This document shows positions 57,673 to 64,000 of a stretch of 64,000 nt of DNA, piece after piece; the stretch's first letter is position 1; every line of letters begins with the position of its first letter. The DNA is from Opitutales bacterium. Its GTDB lineage: Bacteria; Verrucomicrobiota; Verrucomicrobiia; Opitutales; UBA2987. Position numbers and translations under genes: made by a program. The notes beneath the pieces are model-generated. The model saw nothing but the letters and a program-made list of their open reading frames with translations. It was not told the origin of the DNA and searched no databases. The stretch covers positions 416,001-480,000 of the forward strand of contig CBDDEL010000014.1 in NCBI GenBank assembly GCA_965226885.1. The letters are read 5' to 3'.

Positions 57673-58049
57673 ATGAAGAAACGAAAATTTAAACCCGAAA
57701 CAGTCGCCGAAGCCATCAATGATGCTGGCGGGATTCTCATAAACGCGGCTCGAACACTCCGATGTAATCGCCGCACAGTATACGATTACTCGATTACTGC
57801 CTGAATTTTAAAGTTTGCGCAAAGGCACGTGAGGAAGCCGAGGCTTCCACGACAGATTTGGCCGAGTCGAAATTGATCGAGCAAATCAAAGAGGGAAATA
57901 TGACTGCGATCATCTTCTACCTTAAAACAAAGGCAAAAGCCCGCGGCTATGTAGAGCGACTCGAACAGACGGGTGCCGGCGGCAGACCTTTGGACGTAGG
58001 AACGAAAGTTTTGGCTCTGCCCATAATCAATATAGGAGATACGGAGTGA
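57673..58049 (+). pseudogene. Phage terminase small subunit-like gene, frameshifted by an 8-bp duplication
   Basis: Removing one CGATTACT (57783-57798) gives MKKRKFKPETVAEAINDAGG..AARTLRCNRRTVYDYC...DLAESKL...TAIIFYLKTKAKARGYVE. It overlaps the large-subunit start. Confidence 0.75.
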
Positions 58050-58409
58050 TCGGTGTTGCTCAGAGCGAAGATCACTTTTGGGAGCCGAATCCGGGACCGC
58101 AGACGGCGTTTTTGAGCGCTGGACAGAGGGAGGTCCTATACGGTGGAGCTAATGGTGGTGGTAAATCCGATGCACTCCTCGCTGCCGCCACTCGATACGT
58201 CGGTGAACCGGATCATACAGCTATCATATTCCGGCGAACCTATCCGGAATTAGGGGAGTTAATAAAACGGAGCTGGGACCTCTATCCGCTGCTCGGAGGC
58301 CGCTACAATAAGACTGAGAAGAAATGGCAATTCCCTTCTAGAGCGATTGTCATGTTCGGGAATCTTTCCTCTTTCAGCGACGCTCTCAAATATCATGGCT
58401 GGCAATTTA

Positions 58410-61094
58410 TTAATCCGGCAAATAAATAGTGATATATCAATAACTTATGCTAAAGTAGGTTCATGAATAGGAATGATGCGCCTTCACTAAGCGAAGAGAC
58501 TATATATGAGCTGAGGTGTCGGGCGGTGGATCTGAAAAGAGAGGGTTGCACTTATGAAGAGGTTTCCGTGGTTTTAAAGGTATCGATCAGCGCTGTGCGC
58601 AAATGGTGGGCCCTTTACCGAAATGGAGGGCCAAAAGCCCTGCGGCTTGGACAACGGGGCCGTCGGCAGGGCCAATGTCGAAGATTGAGCTCCCAACAAG
58701 AGCGCATGGTGTGCCGAATGATTACCGATAAGAGACCCGACCAGCTTAACCCGGATATTTCATGAAGGGTAAAGTTTGGCTCGTTATTGCTATTGGAGAT
58801 GGATTTCTTTGTATTTTGAGCAGATCGTCTTGATTTTTAGGTGTTTTTCAGGGTGTAGAGACACTGCCCCCTTTCCCCCATTGGTTCGGTAGTGCCGGGG
58901 GCAGCACCAATGCACCCTTTAGGTTGGCACCAATCGGCGGGCCGCATGGTTGAAAAGACTGGCCCAAGGATAACTCTCACTTAGGTGAAAGTGAATCGTT
59001 CGGGTGTTGCGCACGATGACCGCTCCGATCTTGATTAATTTGAGCCGCAGGGTGTGGCATTGGGCCCGCGCCCACTTCGTCCCTTTTAAGGCTAACCGGC
59101 GCATGGCTTCCATCAAGGTGTAGGCCAGCGCCGACAAGAGCAATCGCCACTGATTGGCCCACCATTGATGGGCGCTGGTGCGCTCGCTGAACAATTGCAT
59201 CTGTTCCTTGATTCGGTTCTCCATTTCACCGCGGCCACAGTATACCTTGTCGTAAAGCTCCTGGGGATCACCCGGCAGGTTCGTCACCACGAAGCGCGGG
59301 TTGGACCCCTGTGCGGTGTGTTCGGCTTTATGGATGACCAACCGCAGCCATCGCCACGAATCGGCAGCATAGACGAAGTCCTGGAATAACCGTTGTTTTT
59401 TACCCCTTAGTTCGAACCATTCTTTGGCCTGCTTTTGCAACTGCTGGGCGTCTTGCTGCAAGCGTGCATTGCGAGCCATCCCCACGATGTAACTAACTTC
59501 GTTGCGGTCGCACCAAGAGAGTATCCGGTCTCGACAAAATCCACTGTCGGCGCGCCAAATAATCCGCGTACGGGGCCAGCTTTGGCGAATCCGTTTAACC
59601 AGCAATTTGAGGATGGCCCCGGCATGCTTGCTGGCATCGATCTTGCTCGGCCGCAGGTAGGCCACCAGCAGCTGATCACCGCAAAAAACATATAGCGGCA
59701 GAAAACAGTAATGATCATAATAACCGTGGAAAAAACGTCCCTCCTGGAGCCCGTGCACCGGATTGTCGGTGGCGTCAAAGTCCAGGATGATCTCTTCGGG
59801 TTCCTCGGCAAAGGAGCCCATGAACTGTTCGACCAACAGCTCGTTTACCGCAAAGGCCGCCCGCCGATCCTGCCCGTTTTCAAAACGACACAAAGTCGGC
59901 GCGCTGGCCAACGTTTCAATGCGCCCCGTTACCGTTTGCAACAATGGATCGTGGCGCAGGGTATCAAAGTCGTTCAAATCCTCATAGCCCGCCACCAGCC
60001 CGTAAACGCGCTGCCGCAGCATCCCCAATACCTCATGGCGTACTTTGCCCTTCTGCCGTTTGTCCACTAACTGTCGGGCCGCTCGTTCGGTCAAGCCCAA
60101 CTGCCGATCCACTTCCCGGATCAAAAGCAGTCCGGCATCCGAAGTAACCTCTCCGCCCTTGAAATCAACCCGCACACGGCGGCCTTTTACCCTTGTCAAC
60201 TGTAGCTTTAATTGTTTACCTTTTGTCATCGCTGATATTGCTTTAATTATTGATCTATCCTGCTGTATATCAGCAGTTAAGCATATCAACGATACTTTTT
60301 TTACGAAATATCCGGGTTAAGATGCCCTTTGCCCTGTGGACGCGCCAAGCGGTGCAAGAGTTGATTGAAAGGCAGTTTGCTTTGAAGATGCCGATCCGCA
60401 CGGTGGGCGAGTATCTTCGCCGTTGGGGTTTCACTCCACAAAAACCTCGAAGACAAGCCTATGAGCAGCAGCCTGAGGCGATTAAGAAGTGGCTTGATCA
60501 AACTTACCCGGCCATCGAAGCCAGAGCCAAAGCGCAACAGGCCCAAATCCACTGGGGAGATGAAACCGGCATCAGTAGCGAAGATCATCGGGGAAGAGGT
60601 TATGCTCCGCGCGGTAAAACGCCAGTTGCCAAACGCAGTGCGCGTCGTTTTAGCACGAGCATGATCTCGACTATAACCAACCGTGGAAAGCTGCGTTTCA
60701 TGGTTTACAAGGGAGCCTTGAATGTGGAACTGTTTATCAAATTTCTGCGCCAGTTAATCAAAGGAGCCAAACGGAAAATCTTTCTCATTGTGGACAATCT
60801 GAGAGTGCATCATGCTAAAAAAGTAACCGGTTGGATTGAAGCCCACCGCGATAGGATCGGGATTTTTTATCTACCATCTTACAGTCCCGAATTGAACCCC
60901 GATGAGTATTTGAATAACACGGTCAAAGCCAACTTGAAGAACCTGCCGGCCCCGCGCAGCCAAATTGAGTTGCAGGGAAGTCTGCGAACCCACCTGCGCA
61001 GCAGGCAACGAAAACCAATTTTGATTAAAAAACTCTTCCATCATCGGGATGTTCAATACGCCGCTTAACTGTTACTATTCAATTGCCGGATTAA
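58410..61094 (+). mobile_element. IS630-family element 2 (transposase 58463..61068 split by IS1380 copy 9)
   Basis: IR TTAATCCGGCAA / TTGCCGGATTAA with TA duplicated (58408-58409, 61095-61096). Motifs PDQL|KMPFALWT, WGDETG, VDNLRVH and YSPELNPDE. Confidence 0.93.
58750..60316 (-). mobile_element. IS1380 copy 9 (transposase 58919..60289 intact)
   Basis: 1567 bp with TTAA duplicated at 58746-58749 and 60317-60320. Confidence 0.96.
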
Positions 61095-62191
61095 TAGTTT
61101 CCTCGGGTTTGATGAGCTTACTCACTGGCCGAGCGATGAGGAATATGTCTATTTGATGTCCCGATTGCGTCGAAAGGCAAATTCGAATATCCGCCTGATG
61201 ATTCGGGCAACCTGCAACCCTTCTGGTCCCGGCCACCATTGGGTAAAGACCCGATTCAATATCTCAAATGACGGCAAGGAAACCGTCGTAGAAGACCCGC
61301 AGACGGGCCTACACCGGGCGTTCCTCCCGGCTCGAATACAAGATAATCCCCATCTCGCCGGAACCGAGTATGAGCGCACCCTTGACGCCTTGCCTGAGCA
61401 ACGACGCAAAGCCCTCAAAGATGGGCGCTGGGACGTCTTCGCCGGGGCCATGTTCCCGGAATGGGATCCCACGCGTCACATCATTGAACCTTTTGAAATA
61501 CCCGGCGATTGGAAAAGATGGCGCGGAGCCGATCAGGGCTTTGTGTCGCCCTCTGCCTGCTATTGGTTAGCAAAGAATCAGGATGGACAGGTAATCGTCT
61601 ATCAGGAACTCTACCGCACCGGCATGACGGGTCGTGTGTTCGGTGGTGAGGTGTTGAAACGGGACAAAGAGCAAAATCCCTTTGAGAAGCGCCTATCGGG
61701 CTACCTTGATACCAATGCCTTCGCAGATTTAGGAATGGGAACACCGATCGGTCAACTCATGAACCAGATGGGTTGTAGGTGGAGACCCGTTACGAAAGGC
61801 CCCGGGAGTCGTGTAGCCCGTGTAAACATGCTTCACGAGTATCTCGCGCCCATGAAAGGCTTTCCGGACAAGCCGGGATTGCTCTTCTTTAATACCTGCA
61901 CAAATCTGGTTCGAACACTGCCTGCACTGCCGAGGAGTCATCATAACCCGGAGGATGTCGACACCGAAGCAGAGGATCACGCGTTTGACGGACTTACCTA
62001 CGGTCTCTGTTACCGGCCTCGAACAGGAAAGGTGACTCATTTTCTTCTTTGAAACTGGTTGCTCCTGTGCGATCATCACAAACTCAGTGTCCGTAAAACA
62101 GTAGTTTTTCAGACATTTCTATTGACACCTGCAATCCCTTTGTTTATGCGGTGTCTCAGTCCACTAAAACAGGGGATGATTTATAGACACC

Positions 62192-62779
62192 ATGAAATCG
62201 AAGAATATAGCCATTTATTTGAGGGTCTCGACCGGAGGCCAGAATACGGACAGTCAGGCAAAAGTCATTAAGGAATATTGCAAAAGGCGCGGTTGGAAGG
62301 ACGTGCAATCCTATGAGGACAAGATCAGCGGTGCCAAACATACACGGCCAGCCCTTGACCGGATGCTTAAAGACGTGCGAAAGGGCGGGATCGATGCTGT
62401 AGTGGTTTACAAATTGGATCGCTTGGGCCGGTCGCTCACACAGCTCGCCTTAATCATCGAGGAATTAACCAGTCGCGGGGTAGCCCTGATTTGCACTTCC
62501 CAGGGGATCGATACGAGCGAGAGCAACCCGGCGGGAAAGCTTCAAATGAGCGTTCTCATGGCTGTGGCGGAGTTCGAGCGGGAAATCATTCAGGAGCGCG
62601 TCAGGGATGGCCTGAGTGCAGCCAGAGCCAGGGGAGTCAAGCTCGGCAGGCCCGGTAAGCTCGCCAAACATCGCAAGAAAGTCATGGCTTTGCGTAAAAA
62701 GGGGAAAAGCATCCGCGCCATAGCCTCAGAGCTACGCTTGCCAGTCTCATCGGTCGGCGATCTGGCAAAGGCTGGATAA
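62192..62779 (+). CDS. Small serine recombinase (resolvase/invertase)
   Basis: YLRVST, KLDRLGRS, AEFERE and GVKLGRP motifs with a C-terminal HTH. Confidence 0.95.
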   Translation: MKSKNIAIYLRVSTGGQNTDSQAKVIKEYCKRRGWKDVQSYEDKISGAKHTRPALDRMLKDVRKGGIDAVVVYKLDRLGRSLTQLALIIEELTSRGVALICTSQGIDTSESNPAGKLQMSVLMAVAEFEREIIQERVRDGLSAARARGVKLGRPGKLAKHRKKVMALRKKGKSIRAIASELRLPVSSVGDLAKAG

Positions 62780-62798
62780 ACTAAGGATTTGATGAGCT

Positions 62799-63068
62799 AT
62801 GAGTAATCCAAAGTTATGGATGGCAATACAAAGCTGGGACGACGCTAGTGTTTATTTGTTAGCAATTGACAAAAAGGCTGACCTGATTGATCGATATATT
62901 GCCGGAAGAGAGATAGAAAAGCGGCAAAAGAGTACTCTCTTATCGCAATCTCGGCGTCAAGAGTTGAAAGAATATACTCTACCGCAATTAGAATTTGATC
63001 TAAAATATATAGAGAATATCAGCCAAGAAGACCTGATCGGACCCCATTTTTGCTACCACTTTAAGTGA
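62799..63068 (+). CDS. Hypothetical protein
   Basis: 89 aa AT-rich ORF directly downstream of the recombinase. Confidence 0.45.
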   Translation: MSNPKLWMAIQSWDDASVYLLAIDKKADLIDRYIAGREIEKRQKSTLLSQSRRQELKEYTLPQLEFDLKYIENISQEDLIGPHFCYHFK

Positions 63069-63269
63069 GAGTATTTCCGTAGGTTTGGTATTATTGGTTT
63101 TGCAGGTTGAAAAGGTAAGTAACCGGAAACAGCACAACAGTCAATGAATTTTTGGGTTGGGGTTGAGTGGGTGATCGGACCCCTACGTCCAGATGCTGAC
63201 CTGTATTAGATTTTTGTTGCCTGGCTTGGAAAATAATCTTATCCAGATATCTATCTAATAAATAATACC

Positions 63270-63980
63270 ATGCGCCCGAGCGGAGAGCCTTTATACCTGC
63301 AGATTGCGAAAATCCTGCGAGAGGAGATCGAGAATAACTACGAGCCTGGGGATCGACTTGAGCCCGAGGGTAAAATCGCAGAGCGATTCAGAGTTAACCG
63401 GCATACACTGCGTCGCTCTATCGATGAATTGGTTGAGCAGGGCAAGCTGGAGCGACGGGCGGGCGTGGGCGTTTTCGTATTCCTTCATCCTCTCAAGTAT
63501 GAGCTGCATAAAGAAACTCGACTAACAAGAAACTTGAGGCGTATGGGAGTTAAAGGTGATCGCACTTTTATCAAACGACAGTTGAAGCCTGCCTCACAAA
63601 TTGAGGCCAAGCACTTGCAGATTCCCAAAGGCAGATTAGTTACGCGGCTCGAATCACTGGTTTACGCTGATAAAATTCCTTTTTGCATCAGCACTCATTG
63701 CTTCACTCACAAATCGCACAAAGAGATTTATTCTCTTTTCAAAACCGGTTCCATGCACGAATTCATCAAGAATAAATACAATATCAGGCTAAGGCGGAAG
63801 AGCAGCATGATCAGCGCTTTATTGGCTACCAGTGAAGACGCAGCACTTCTGCGCATCCCATTGAATCGGCCCATTTTACTGGTACAGACCGTCAACGTCG
63901 ATGTGGAATCGAAAAAGCCGTTGGAATACGTGATCAGTCGTTATCGCGCGGATCGGGTAGATTTGATCGTTAATTTTTAG
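63270..63980 (+). CDS. GntR/HutC-family regulator (PhnF-like)
   Basis: wHTH LYLQIA..LEPE..RFRVNRHTLRRSI, plus a UTRA domain ending SRYRADRV. Confidence 0.88.
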   Translation: MRPSGEPLYLQIAKILREEIENNYEPGDRLEPEGKIAERFRVNRHTLRRSIDELVEQGKLERRAGVGVFVFLHPLKYELHKETRLTRNLRRMGVKGDRTFIKRQLKPASQIEAKHLQIPKGRLVTRLESLVYADKIPFCISTHCFTHKSHKEIYSLFKTGSMHEFIKNKYNIRLRRKSSMISALLATSEDAALLRIPLNRPILLVQTVNVDVESKKPLEYVISRYRADRVDLIVNF

Positions 63981-64000
63981 ATGTGCGCAATCATGGCGCA

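Larger units (their letters stand above)
58046..62052 (+). pseudogene. Phage terminase large subunit, interrupted by IS630 (itself interrupted by IS1380)
   Basis: PNPGPQ, Walker A YGGANGGGKS, reconstituted WQF|SFLGFDELTHW Walker B, ATCNPSGPGHHWVK, DNPHL and EDHAFD. Confidence 0.92.

Overview
Bacterial chromosomal window, probably from an Opitutae-like verrucomicrobium (inferred from the C-terminal domain of the spondin protein and the general gene content). It is undergoing heavy insertion-sequence expansion and gene decay, and roughly 40% of it is IS-derived. There are nine near-identical copies of one 1567-bp IS1380 element (YTAR target, two nested in other copies), two IS21, two IS630, an IS3, two IS5-like/ISNCY copies plus a fragment, an IS6 end and several scars or MITE-like hairpins. 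An IS-free housekeeping block spans 28.7-41.1 kb: hybrid kinase, proC, tRNA-Val, gmd/fcl, hemolysin III, a sugar-acid catabolism cluster, thiL and a CAAX protease. A smaller block at 50.6-52.9 kb holds a DNA glycosylase and an SDR. Accessory cargo includes an integrated plasmid rep/par relic with iteron-like repeats, a split spondin-domain protein, three related Cys-loop outer-membrane beta-barrels, a broken triple-CHASE3 chemoreceptor, a broken OprB porin and a terminase-resolvase phage relic. The most unusual signals are: (i) a transposase-less, structured non-coding element resembling IS110/IS1111 ends (candidate orphan seek/bridge-RNA element) split by IS1380; (ii) a pseudoknot-like 3' non-coding region in the IS1380, which also inserts at its own stop codon; (iii) a window-wide signature of short tandem duplications that inactivate genes. 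No database searches were run, so family assignments come from motif recognition.
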